This document shows positions 21,950 through 30,195 of a DNA stretch of 64,000 nucleotides, piece by piece. The stretch covers positions 1 through 64,000 of IMG/VR virus record IMGVR_UViG_3300027749_005140, one strand, 5' to 3'. Under the pieces are notes generated by a model. That model worked only from the letters and a program-made list of their open reading frames with translations, searched no databases and was not told where the DNA came from. Position 1 is the first letter of the stretch; each line of letters starts with the position of its first letter. Position numbers and translations under genes: made by a program. The stretch is from a virus. Its lineage: Duplodnaviria; Heunggongvirae; Uroviricota; Caudoviricetes.

Positions 21950-23203
21950 ATGAACGTAGAACAGTTAGCAAAGAATGCTATTCAAAAAATAAAATCGAAT
22001 TGGGGTTTGCCTAAAAGAGGTTTCATCGCAGGTGGTTCTGTTGCAAATCTTATATGGGAAGAAGTTTCTGGAACAAAAGCAATCATCAATGACATTGATG
22101 TTTTTTTGTTTGATGGTCTTTTAGATAACTATAACGAGAATAAAAAAGAATACTTTTTTTCATTTAAAGAAGATGAACAGAATATTTGGTATGATGATTA
22201 CGCTGGTCTAAGATTTATTGATAGAGCAAAAAATTATTACTCTATAGTTGAATCTACTACCGAAGGTATATTCAACTACGTTAGTTACAAGTCAAATACC
22301 CACAATCCAGAGATTATTATCAAATCATTTGATATAAACTGTACCGCAATTGGTTACTCAATTGAAGAAGATAAGTTTTATTGGACACCAGAATTTGAGA
22401 AGTTCTTAAAAACCGGAGAGTTAAAAATATCTAATTTGAAAACTCCTTGCCATACGGCAATCAGAATTGTTAAAAAAGCGGAAGAGCTTGATGTTAAATT
22501 AGATTTATTTGAATTGGAGATTGTTCAATGTGTTCTATCACGTCTTACAATTCCAAAACTACAAGATGTTTATAAAGTTAGATTTCAAGATAGATATTTT
22601 AATATGTTTAACAATCATAAGATACTCAATAACTATTTCACAATAGAAAAAGATCTTGACTGTATGACACACGTCAAAACGACATATGACAAAGATGTAG
22701 ATCTATGGACTTTAAAAACTAAAAAAGAGTTATTACTAGATAATAATCTACTTGCTATTCATAAAGGTGATGATTTCTTATTTTATTTAAGAAATATTTA
22801 TACCAAACCAGAATTAGTAGATATATGGAATCAGTTGAGACCTTTATTTGTAAATGAAGATTATGTAGATGGTGGTGTTGATGTAGAAGATATGAAATTA
22901 TTATCAAGTACAATTCAGTTTCTACCAAAAACAATACTTAATTTAAGAGGATATAAACTAACTGAACAGATTTCAATACTAAAACTATTATTAGAACGAT
23001 ATAAAGAAGATCCCGAAATTGCTTTTTCGGTATTAGAAAAACATACTATCGAACCAGGACAAGAGATTGATGATACAACAGCTTTACTTTATGAACTTTC
23101 AGTAAGAAAAGAAATTGTTGATGATGCACATAATTCTAGAGTTCAGAGTATCTTATCTAAAATAGAATCTAAAGTAGAAGATAGTGATCACTGGCCAATT
23201 TAA
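21950..23203 (+). CDS. hypothetical protein
   Basis: 417-aa ORF, no motif recognised. Confidence 0.3.
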   Translation: MNVEQLAKNAIQKIKSNWGLPKRGFIAGGSVANLIWEEVSGTKAIINDIDVFLFDGLLDNYNENKKEYFFSFKEDEQNIWYDDYAGLRFIDRAKNYYSIVESTTEGIFNYVSYKSNTHNPEIIIKSFDINCTAIGYSIEEDKFYWTPEFEKFLKTGELKISNLKTPCHTAIRIVKKAEELDVKLDLFELEIVQCVLSRLTIPKLQDVYKVRFQDRYFNMFNNHKILNNYFTIEKDLDCMTHVKTTYDKDVDLWTLKTKKELLLDNNLLAIHKGDDFLFYLRNIYTKPELVDIWNQLRPLFVNEDYVDGGVDVEDMKLLSSTIQFLPKTILNLRGYKLTEQISILKLLLERYKEDPEIAFSVLEKHTIEPGQEIDDTTALLYELSVRKEIVDDAHNSRVQSILSKIESKVEDSDHWPI

Positions 23204-23249
23204 AACTTTTCAACAAAATATAATATAAATATAAACTAAATATAAAATT

Positions 23250-23570
23250 ATGGGATTTATTACAGAATTAGATGAAACTAACTATGATGGATTTGTAGAA
23301 AGTGGAGTAGCATTAGTAGATATATGGGCAACGTGGTGTGGACCATGCCGTCAAATTGCACCAATTGTAGATCAATTTTCAATTGATTTCCAAGGAAGAG
23401 TAGCAGTTGGTAAATTAGATGCAACCCCAAATGGTGACAAAGTTTCCGAGTTAGGTATCAGAAACATTCCTACAATCTTAATCTATAAAGATGGAGAAAT
23501 TGTAGATAGAAGTGTTGGTATGACAACTAAAGAGAAATTGTCTGAACTTGTTGAGCAATACCTAAACTAA
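23250..23570 (+). CDS. trxA: thioredoxin
   Basis: WCGPC active site, 106 aa. Confidence 0.85.
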   Translation: MGFITELDETNYDGFVESGVALVDIWATWCGPCRQIAPIVDQFSIDFQGRVAVGKLDATPNGDKVSELGIRNIPTILIYKDGEIVDRSVGMTTKEKLSELVEQYLN

Positions 23571-24145
23571 TGGAAGAAATAGATTATTTATATGATCTAA
23601 TTAGTAAAACAGAGACAACCTTAATTGGTTATCGATTTTCAGATGAAAGAATTAAAGATGAAATTATTTCTAATCTTGGAGGAACCAAGATAATAGATTT
23701 AAGTTCATCTTTTTCTATGAAGTCAATCCTTAGAGATATGAAAATTGATCAAGTTTTAAATGAAGAAGAAAAACTTGAGTATCTATTATTAGATATAAAT
23801 GATATAAGAAATTCTTATATTAAACAAAGAAATTTTACTAATGAAGATATAAACCGGGCAGGTATAATAAAAAATACTATTTACGATATAAGAGATTGTT
23901 TAAGAGATAGTAGAAATGGTAAAGATATAAATGATATTAAATTGATAATTACTTGTCCACTACAATCTAATGGTTTAAATAAAGATAATAATATGATTGA
24001 TTCTTTTATAGGTGGTTCAACACCTTTATATTTGGCAGATTTAGCAATGGTTATAACTCAACAAAGTAATGATAAAGTAATACAAGTCATTAAGAATAGG
24101 GAATCAGATTTCCACAAAATTATAAAATATGATAGCATTAAATAG
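23570..24145 (+). CDS. hypothetical protein
   Basis: ORF. Confidence 0.3.
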   Translation: MEEIDYLYDLISKTETTLIGYRFSDERIKDEIISNLGGTKIIDLSSSFSMKSILRDMKIDQVLNEEEKLEYLLLDINDIRNSYIKQRNFTNEDINRAGIIKNTIYDIRDCLRDSRNGKDINDIKLIITCPLQSNGLNKDNNMIDSFIGGSTPLYLADLAMVITQQSNDKVIQVIKNRESDFHKIIKYDSIK

Positions 24146-24560
24146 AAGAGCACGTTATGAATATACGTTCATAGAAGAATTTGACTGCGGAATAATATTG
24201 GTCGGTAGTGAGGTAAAATCAGTTAGAATGGGTAATGTTACTTTAATCGATGCGTTTATTTTTATAAAAGATAATGAAGTTTGGATAAAGAATCTAAAAA
24301 TTGCTGCTTATAAATCAGCACATACTTTAGACATACACGAAGAAAATCGAGATAAAAAACTTCTTTTAAATAAAAAAGAGATTGTACGAATCAAAAGAAA
24401 ACTGGAAGATAAAGGTATAACCGCAATTCCACTTGGTATGTTTGTTAAGAATAACAAAATTAAAATTAAAATAGCTGTGGCTAAGGGTAAGAAAACTTGG
24501 GATAAAAGAGCTTCAATAAAGGAAAGAGATCTTACCAGAGAGATGCAACGAAATATATAA
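24129..24560 (+). CDS. smpB: SsrA-binding protein SmpB
   Basis: Full-length match to SmpB: IALNRRARYEY, GSEVKS, KLLLNKKE, AIPL..F, KIKIAVAKGKK.WDKR..IKERD. Confidence 0.85.
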   Translation: MIALNRRARYEYTFIEEFDCGIILVGSEVKSVRMGNVTLIDAFIFIKDNEVWIKNLKIAAYKSAHTLDIHEENRDKKLLLNKKEIVRIKRKLEDKGITAIPLGMFVKNNKIKIKIAVAKGKKTWDKRASIKERDLTREMQRNI

Positions 24561-24563
24561 TAT

Positions 24564-24917
24564 ATGAAATTGACGTTATTAGAATATCTTGATAAATTAC
24601 ACCTATCAAATACTGAAGATGAAGTTATTGATACACTTAAAAGACTTATGAAGAACTTTAGTTCCAATAATTACAAAGGTGTTATTATGTCAAATCCGTA
24701 TTTTAAATCATTAGCACTTGATTTAAAAGAAGAGGTCGGTAAAGAAATGAATTTAATGAAAGATTTAATAACTGTTGAAATCGATAATCTCAATTCACAA
24801 TTAAATAAAACTAAAAATACAGCGGACTTTTTAAAATTAAAGGATCTAAGAAGAGAATGTGTACACCTTTTAACTGAGTTAGAAACTAGACAACATGATT
24901 TATATCTACTATCTTAA
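24564..24917 (+). CDS. hypothetical protein
   Basis: ORF. Confidence 0.3.
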   Translation: MKLTLLEYLDKLHLSNTEDEVIDTLKRLMKNFSSNNYKGVIMSNPYFKSLALDLKEEVGKEMNLMKDLITVEIDNLNSQLNKTKNTADFLKLKDLRRECVHLLTELETRQHDLYLLS

Positions 24918-26582
24918 AAAGTCTTTAACTATTCGTTCAAGATTATCTAATTTTTTAATATCCTTTTTGTAGTCTTCATCACTATATCTTAATCTACTCA
25001 TCTTCAGTTTTAATGACGAAGAATCTGCATCTAAACTTGTAAGAATATCTTTAACAGGTCTTGAAAGGAAAAAAATATCATCTTGTGCTAACTCATATAA
25101 TGATGATAATCTAACTTGCACCGATTTAAGATCTTCAATAGTTTCTATATCTTTAGTTTTAACTGAAATTGATAAGTTTAAACCAATTTTAACCACTTTA
25201 TCAATTATATCAGACATTCTTTCTGCATTTTGATTATGTGTATCTTTAACAATTTTAATACCTTTAGAGTAAGCAGTCGTTTGTTTCAAGCGTCTTTTCT
25301 TAATAGTTTTGAATAATTCATACGTTTTCTCAAAGTTATAAGAATTATCATTTTCTGACATAAGTCTATATAAATAAGAAATAAAGTCTGTTAATCTATC
25401 AATATAAGCACTACTATTATAAAGAGCGATTATAAAGTAATCTCCGATAATTGATGATGAGACAACTGAGTTAAGATTTTTAAATTCTTGTTTATCTTTT
25501 TCAATTCCCAATTTTGTAAATAAAGTAGTTAGATACCTTTCAACATTTTCTTTTCTAATATCTTCTGGTTTTTTTAAAGCTAATGCGTTATTTTTGAATG
25601 ATTTTCTCCTACTTATAATATCAGATGTGGTATCATCAACATTTTTAATTATTATATCATCGAGAAAAAGAACAATTGCAAAATTTGCTTCTTTACTTAC
25701 TTTATTAAAAATTGAAGTTTTTCTCTGATTCCATTCTTCCAAATTAGTTCCATCCAATGGTAAATTGAAATCCCAAACAGATTCTTCTGTCTTATTCATC
25801 TTCTCTAAATCATCATCTTTAAATCTTAATGGTTTTTCATCAAGTATTACTTTATGTAACATAAGATGATCATCTGATTCATTTTCTGGACTTCCTAATG
25901 ACCAAGCATATTGATAAGCAGCGTTACCTTCATAAAGGTTATATCTATCTGGTATTTGTATTTCATTTCTGGTTACAGAAGGATCTGAACCTTCATGATC
26001 ATTTTGATAAAAGTAATACTGAGGATCATCATCATCTCTTCTATTATCCGCGTATATTTCACCAAAAGTTAAATAAGTAGGATCTCCATTGAAATCTTCA
26101 CCACAAACCATTACTACTTTATCACCAGTTACTAAATCTCCTAATCTAGCTGGAGTAATAATACCACCTATTTTATATTCTCTAGCTAGGTAAGCTAAGT
26201 GAGATTGATCTAAACCTTCACCATTACTCATCATAGCACCATTATAAGAATTATACTTATTATAATCCATTGTTTTATTTCCAGTTCCAGTACTACATAA
26301 ATATCCGTTTTCTAATGAAAACCAATACTTAATACAATAAGTTCCAGATGGATTCATTGCTTCTTCACCTCTACCAACAGAAAGTGCTTTATTTACTGGT
26401 AGATATTGTATTTCTTTATCACTTAATGTACTTAAAGGAAAATCAAATTTATCTGAAAGTTTTTTTAATACTTTCAAAAACTCTCTTGTAGGATTATCAC
26501 TCTTTATCTTGTTATTTAAAAATGAAAGTATTGCACTAATCCTATTAGATTCAAAACCTTCGTATAATTTTAAGTACTTCAT
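24909..26582 (-). CDS. hypothetical protein (557 aa)
   Basis: Long minus-strand ORF. Confidence 0.35.
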   Translation of the reverse strand: MKYLKLYEGFESNRISAILSFLNNKIKSDNPTREFLKVLKKLSDKFDFPLSTLSDKEIQYLPVNKALSVGRGEEAMNPSGTYCIKYWFSLENGYLCSTGTGNKTMDYNKYNSYNGAMMSNGEGLDQSHLAYLAREYKIGGIITPARLGDLVTGDKVVMVCGEDFNGDPTYLTFGEIYADNRRDDDDPQYYFYQNDHEGSDPSVTRNEIQIPDRYNLYEGNAAYQYAWSLGSPENESDDHLMLHKVILDEKPLRFKDDDLEKMNKTEESVWDFNLPLDGTNLEEWNQRKTSIFNKVSKEANFAIVLFLDDIIIKNVDDTTSDIISRRKSFKNNALALKKPEDIRKENVERYLTTLFTKLGIEKDKQEFKNLNSVVSSSIIGDYFIIALYNSSAYIDRLTDFISYLYRLMSENDNSYNFEKTYELFKTIKKRRLKQTTAYSKGIKIVKDTHNQNAERMSDIIDKVVKIGLNLSISVKTKDIETIEDLKSVQVRLSSLYELAQDDIFFLSRPVKDILTSLDADSSSLKLKMSRLRYSDEDYKKDIKKLDNLERIVKDFLR

Positions 26583-26625
26583 AAACTATATATTAAAATA
26601 TATTTTTTAAATTAAAACTTTGTTG

Positions 26626-26633
26626 TATATTTG
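26626..26633 (+). promoter_or_regulatory. -7 promoter box TAnnTTTG
   Basis: tatatttg about 200 nt upstream of the YqeY-tyrS operon. Confidence 0.4.
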
Positions 26634-26644
26634 CACAATAAATA

Positions 26645-26662
26645 ATGAGCTACTACAACTGA
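26645..26662 (+). CDS. candidate mini leader peptide MSYYN
   Basis: atg agc tac tac aac tga just downstream of the promoter box; two Tyr codons upstream of tyrS. Confidence 0.2.
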   Translation: MSYYN

Positions 26663-26837
26663 CCTGTTAGAGAATAAGTTTTGGTCACATAGTTATAGTT
26701 AGTGTTTATGGTAGTAATTAGCTGGGAAATACGTTTTCTTATACACTTTTAATAAAAACAGTGAACTACCTCGATATTAAATATAAAATATGAAAATAAA
26801 AGTGTATTTTTTTAGAAATTATTAAAAAATAAATATT

Positions 26838-27242
26838 ATGAATTTAAAAGAACAAATTAGCAAAGACTACATGATAGCTTTCAAAGAAAGAAATATCGTA
26901 GCAAAAAACTTACTTTCTGTAGTGAAAGGAGAGATCCAAACTATTGAGAAGAATACTAGTGTTGATTGTCTTTCTGATGTAGAAGTAGTTAAAATTCTTA
27001 ATAAAACTGCAAAGTCTTTAAATGAGGTTATTTCATTAAATGGTGATGAAGAGTCTAAATTACAATTAAAAATTGTAGAAGCTTTTCTTCCAACACCTTT
27101 AACTAAAGAAGATATTGTTATTAAAGTAAATGAACTAGTTGCATCTGGAATTACAAATGTTGGTGGTATTATGAAAGAGTTTGCTACTTTACATGTAGAT
27201 AGAAAAGTTGTATCAGAAGTTATTAAAGAAGTATTAGCATAA
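26838..27242 (+). CDS. GatB/YqeY-domain protein
   Basis: Colinear with YqeY (MNLKEQI..DYM.AFKERN..LLSVVKGEI.....EAFLP..LT.EDI). Confidence 0.6.
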   Translation: MNLKEQISKDYMIAFKERNIVAKNLLSVVKGEIQTIEKNTSVDCLSDVEVVKILNKTAKSLNEVISLNGDEESKLQLKIVEAFLPTPLTKEDIVIKVNELVASGITNVGGIMKEFATLHVDRKVVSEVIKEVLA

Positions 27243-28498
27243 TGAAAAATATAGTAGAAGAATTACAATGGCGTGGGTTAGTACACGATATAATACCCGG
27301 AACGGAGGCTCAACTTTTAAAAGAAGCCACCACCTCTTATATTGGTTTTGATCCAACGTCAGATTCTCTACACATTGGGAGTTTAGTTCCCATCATTCTT
27401 CTAAAACATATGAAGAATTTTGGACACAATCCTATCGCACTTGTTGGTGGGGCTACTGGTATGATCGGTGACCCCTCTGGTAAGTCAAATGAAAGAAATC
27501 TATTAGACGAACAAGAACTTAATAAAAATGTTGAAGGTATCAAAAATACTTTGACCAGATTTTTAGGTGATACTCCTGTAGTAAATAACTACGATTGGAT
27601 GTCAAAGTTTAGTTTCATAGATTTTGTAAGAGACATCGGTAAAAGAATTACTATAAATTACATGTTATCAAAACAATCTGTAAAGAACCGTATCGAAGGT
27701 GAAGGAATGTCTTTCACTGAGTTTACTTACCAGTTGATTCAAGGATACGATTTCTACCATCTAAATAAAGAGTATAACTGTTTATTACAAATGGGTGGTT
27801 CAGATCAATGGGGTAACATTACAACAGGAACTGAACTAATTCATAAAATGAATCCTGGTAGGGAAGCTTTTGCTATGACATGTCCTTTACTAACTAAATC
27901 GGATGGTTCTAAGTTCGGAAAATCTGAAGGAGGTACAAACATATGGTTAGATAAAGATAAGACCTCTGTGTACAAGTTTTACCAATTTTGGATAAGTACT
28001 GATGATAATGATGCAGAGAGATATATTAAAATCTTTACATTTTTAGATAAAGAAACTATTGATAATTTAATAGAAGAGCATAATAAAGCAAAACACTTAT
28101 TTTTGTTACAAAAAACATTAGCAAGAGAAATAACTATTATGGTTCACGGTCAACAAGAGTTTGAAAAAGCAGTAGAAGCTTCTAACATTTTATTCAATGG
28201 TGGAGATTTAAACTTACTTGATGAAGAATTATTCTTAGATATATTTGGTGGAATACCACAAGCGAAAGTTCCTATGGAAGATATTCTTGCTGGTATTACA
28301 ATGACAGACATTCTATTTAAAACAGGTTTCTTAAAATCAAATAATGAAGCTAGAAGAGCTTTAAAAGAAAACTCTGTTGCAGTAAATAAAATAAAGAGAG
28401 AGGAAGACTACATAGTAACAGATGTTGATTTGATAAATGATAAGTTTATCATACTACAAAGAGGTAAGAAAAGTTACTTCTTAGTTGAAGCATCATAG
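27242..28498 (+). CDS. tyrS: tyrosyl-tRNA synthetase
   Basis: YIGFDPTSDSLHIGSLVPI (HIGH region, here HIGS), VGGATGMIGDPSGKS, KFGKS, C-terminal S4-like domain. Confidence 0.85.
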   Translation: MKNIVEELQWRGLVHDIIPGTEAQLLKEATTSYIGFDPTSDSLHIGSLVPIILLKHMKNFGHNPIALVGGATGMIGDPSGKSNERNLLDEQELNKNVEGIKNTLTRFLGDTPVVNNYDWMSKFSFIDFVRDIGKRITINYMLSKQSVKNRIEGEGMSFTEFTYQLIQGYDFYHLNKEYNCLLQMGGSDQWGNITTGTELIHKMNPGREAFAMTCPLLTKSDGSKFGKSEGGTNIWLDKDKTSVYKFYQFWISTDDNDAERYIKIFTFLDKETIDNLIEEHNKAKHLFLLQKTLAREITIMVHGQQEFEKAVEASNILFNGGDLNLLDEELFLDIFGGIPQAKVPMEDILAGITMTDILFKTGFLKSNNEARRALKENSVAVNKIKREEDYIVTDVDLINDKFIILQRGKKSYFLVEAS

Positions 28499-28677
28499 TT
28501 TTCACTTACATAAGTTTGAAAACTTTTAACTTTGTTTGGTAACCCACTGGCTTTAACACCTTGGGACCAATCTTTGTTAAATACCCATTTCATATGTTTA
28601 GGTGCACTTTTTTTATTTTTATATTTATGACGCATAGCCCAAATATACTTTAATTGCTGTTTGGATTTTGCTGGCAT
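28474..28677 (-). CDS. small basic hypothetical protein
   Basis: 67-aa Lys-rich ORF on the minus strand. Confidence 0.3.
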   Translation of the reverse strand: MPAKSKQQLKYIWAMRHKYKNKKSAPKHMKWVFNKDWSQGVKASGLPNKVKSFQTYVSENYDASTKK

Positions 28678-28723
28678 TTTAACATATTTTTTCTTTTATA
28701 TATAAAAAACACAAAATACAATT

Positions 28724-28990
28724 ATGGAAATGACCAAAATTAGTAAAGAGGAAAAAATAATTCTCGATATACATCGTCAATTGTTTAAAGAATCTATGCC
28801 AAGTGCAAATTATGATGAACTTATTAAAAAAGAAAAAACTAACTTTAAAAGTTACATTTTATCGGGTTTATCATACCACCTTATTTTAGAAGAAGCATTA
28901 AAAAATAAAAAACTAACTCCGCTAAAAAAAGCAGTTATTCGTAATATGGTTAACTCAAGTGAAACTTTACCTGACATTAAAAGACTTTAA
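28724..28990 (+). CDS. hypothetical protein
   Basis: ORF. Confidence 0.3.
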   Translation: MEMTKISKEEKIILDIHRQLFKESMPSANYDELIKKEKTNFKSYILSGLSYHLILEEALKNKKLTPLKKAVIRNMVNSSETLPDIKRL

Positions 28991-28992
28991 AC

Positions 28993-29250
28993 ATGGTTTT
29001 AAAAATATTCTGTATAACAGAACCAGACATTTCCTATACAAGAAACAAAGAATTAGTTGTAAATGAAACTTATTATGGTGTATATGAAGAAGTCACACTT
29101 CTAGGTGATTATGGTATTTGTCCTATATATGATGTATTTGACGAAAGAAAAAATAAACTTGGTCAATACTATGCTAGAGATTTTATAACTTTAGAAGAGT
29201 ATAGAGATAGAAAACTTGAAGAAATTTTAGGTTTAAGTTTGGTAGATTAA
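28993..29250 (+). CDS. hypothetical protein
   Basis: ORF. Confidence 0.3.
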   Translation: MVLKIFCITEPDISYTRNKELVVNETYYGVYEEVTLLGDYGICPIYDVFDERKNKLGQYYARDFITLEEYRDRKLEEILGLSLVD

Positions 29251-29260
29251 AATAAAGCTG

Positions 29261-29268
29261 TATATTTG
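29261..29268 (+). promoter_or_regulatory. -7 promoter box TAnnTTTG
   Basis: tatatttg 22 nt upstream of a small ORF. Confidence 0.4.
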
Positions 29269-29290
29269 CAGTGTTAAAAAAATAACAAAA

Positions 29291-29410
29291 TATGAAAATT
29301 AAAAATTACGGATTGGTAGTATTATTTCTAATCATTATTGGTGTAACAGAAAGTTGTGCTTCAAGATGTGGACAACAAAGAAGATACTGGAGTAAACATA
29401 GATGTGTGTA
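29291..29410 (+). CDS. small Cys-rich peptide with N-terminal hydrophobic segment (39 aa)
   Basis: MKIKNYGLVVLFLIIIGVTESCASRCGQQRRYWSKHRCV, not in the ORF track. Confidence 0.2.
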
Positions 29411-29467
29411 ATTATCAGAAAAATTAAAATAAAAACATAAAAATTAGGTAGATAAGTAAACTTTTAT

Positions 29468-29475
29468 TACTTTTG
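29468..29475 (+). promoter_or_regulatory. -7 promoter box TAnnTTTG of leader/tRNA module 1
   Basis: tacttttg followed by conserved AAAAAGAGAGAATAAACTTTTAATATATA 5' UTR element. Confidence 0.5.
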
Positions 29476-29533
29476 TACTATAAAAATAACAAAAAAACAA
29501 AAAGAGAGAATAAACTTTTAATATATAATAACA

Positions 29534-29644
29534 ATGAGAACAAATTCAATACATACAAGCTTTAGTAAGTCGTTCAAGTGGTTTAGCCACAAGTTCGGAT
29601 GTATGAGTATGTCGTTCTCAAAAGAAGATGTTATTGTAGGATAA
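29534..29644 (+). CDS. leader peptide 1 (36 aa) of tRNA array 1
   Basis: MRTNSIHTSFSKSFKWFSHKFGCMSMSFSKEDVIVG; Lys/Phe/Trp/His codons mirror the downstream tRNAs. Confidence 0.45.
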   Translation: MRTNSIHTSFSKSFKWFSHKFGCMSMSFSKEDVIVG

Positions 29645-29674
29645 TGTCATAAAAGAGAATAAAACATAAACGTA

Positions 29675-29707
29675 AACCCGAACTTAAAATTAAGTTCGGG
29701 TTTTTTT
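29675..29707 (+). terminator. rho-independent terminator/attenuator 1
   Basis: aaacccgaactt aaaatt aagttcggg + ttttttt. Confidence 0.7.
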
Positions 29708-29716
29708 ATTTTATAA

Positions 29717-29789
29717 TCCCTCTAAACATTGTTGGTGGATGTACCAGACTTTTAATCTGGGAAGGTGGTTTCGATTACCACAGGGGGAA
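29717..29789 (+). tRNA. tRNA-Lys (anticodon TTT)
   Basis: Hand fold: acceptor tccctct/aggggga, anticodon loop cttttaa, T-arm gtggt ttcgatt accac. Confidence 0.55.
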
Positions 29790-29795
29790 CAAAAT

Positions 29796-29868
29796 ACAGG
29801 TCAGCATAATGGTATGCACCAGGTCTCCAAAACCTCGGATGGAAAGGGTTCGACTCCCTTGGCTTGTG
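29796..29868 (+). tRNA. tRNA-Trp (anticodon CCA)
   Basis: Acceptor acaggtc/ggcttgt, loop ctccaaa, T-arm aaggg ttcgact ccctt; D-arm slightly atypical. Confidence 0.45.
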
Positions 29869-29875
29869 CAAAAAA

Positions 29876-29948
29876 GTGGAGGTAGCTCAGTTGGTAGAGC
29901 ACTACCCTGAAGAGGTAGGTGTCGCGGGTTCGAGCCCCGCTCTCCACA
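29876..29948 (+). tRNA. tRNA-Phe (anticodon GAA)
   Basis: Acceptor gtggagg/tctccac, D-arm tagctcagttggtagagc, loop ctgaaga, T-arm gcggg ttcgagc cccgc. Confidence 0.65.
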
Positions 29949-29955
29949 CAAATAT

Positions 29956-30044
29956 GGTGTTTGTAACCGGTAAAGGCAGCCGACCAGATTGTGAATCTGG
30001 AATGAATTAATTTTCTAATGCGGGTTCGAATCCCGTCTCACACC
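29956..30044 (+). tRNA. tRNA-His-like (anticodon GTG) with G-1 and expanded variable region
   Basis: Extra 5' G, anticodon loop ttgtgaa, T-arm gcggg ttcgaat cccgt; 19-nt variable region and two acceptor mismatches. Possibly degenerate. Confidence 0.35.
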
Positions 30045-30062
30045 CTAAATTCTCCCTCTAAA

Positions 30063-30135
30063 CATTGTTGGTGGATGTACCAGACTTTTAATCTGGGAAG
30101 GTGGTTTCGATTACCACAGAGGGAACTAAGTCTTT
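30063..30135 (+). tRNA. tRNA-Lys (anticodon TTT), second copy
   Basis: Near-identical (1 nt difference) to the copy at 29717..29789. Confidence 0.55.
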
Positions 30136-30195
30136 GTAACTTATTATAAAGGAGCCACTAACTTATTAATATATAAATAAAAATTATTATTATAT

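Noticed and set aside
26640-26838. T-box riboswitch upstream of tyrS
   Set aside because: No T-box consensus (AGGGTGGNACCGCG-like) and no specifier/antiterminator architecture seen; Bacteroidetes do not typically use T-boxes. A mini-ORF/terminator alternative is reported instead at low confidence.
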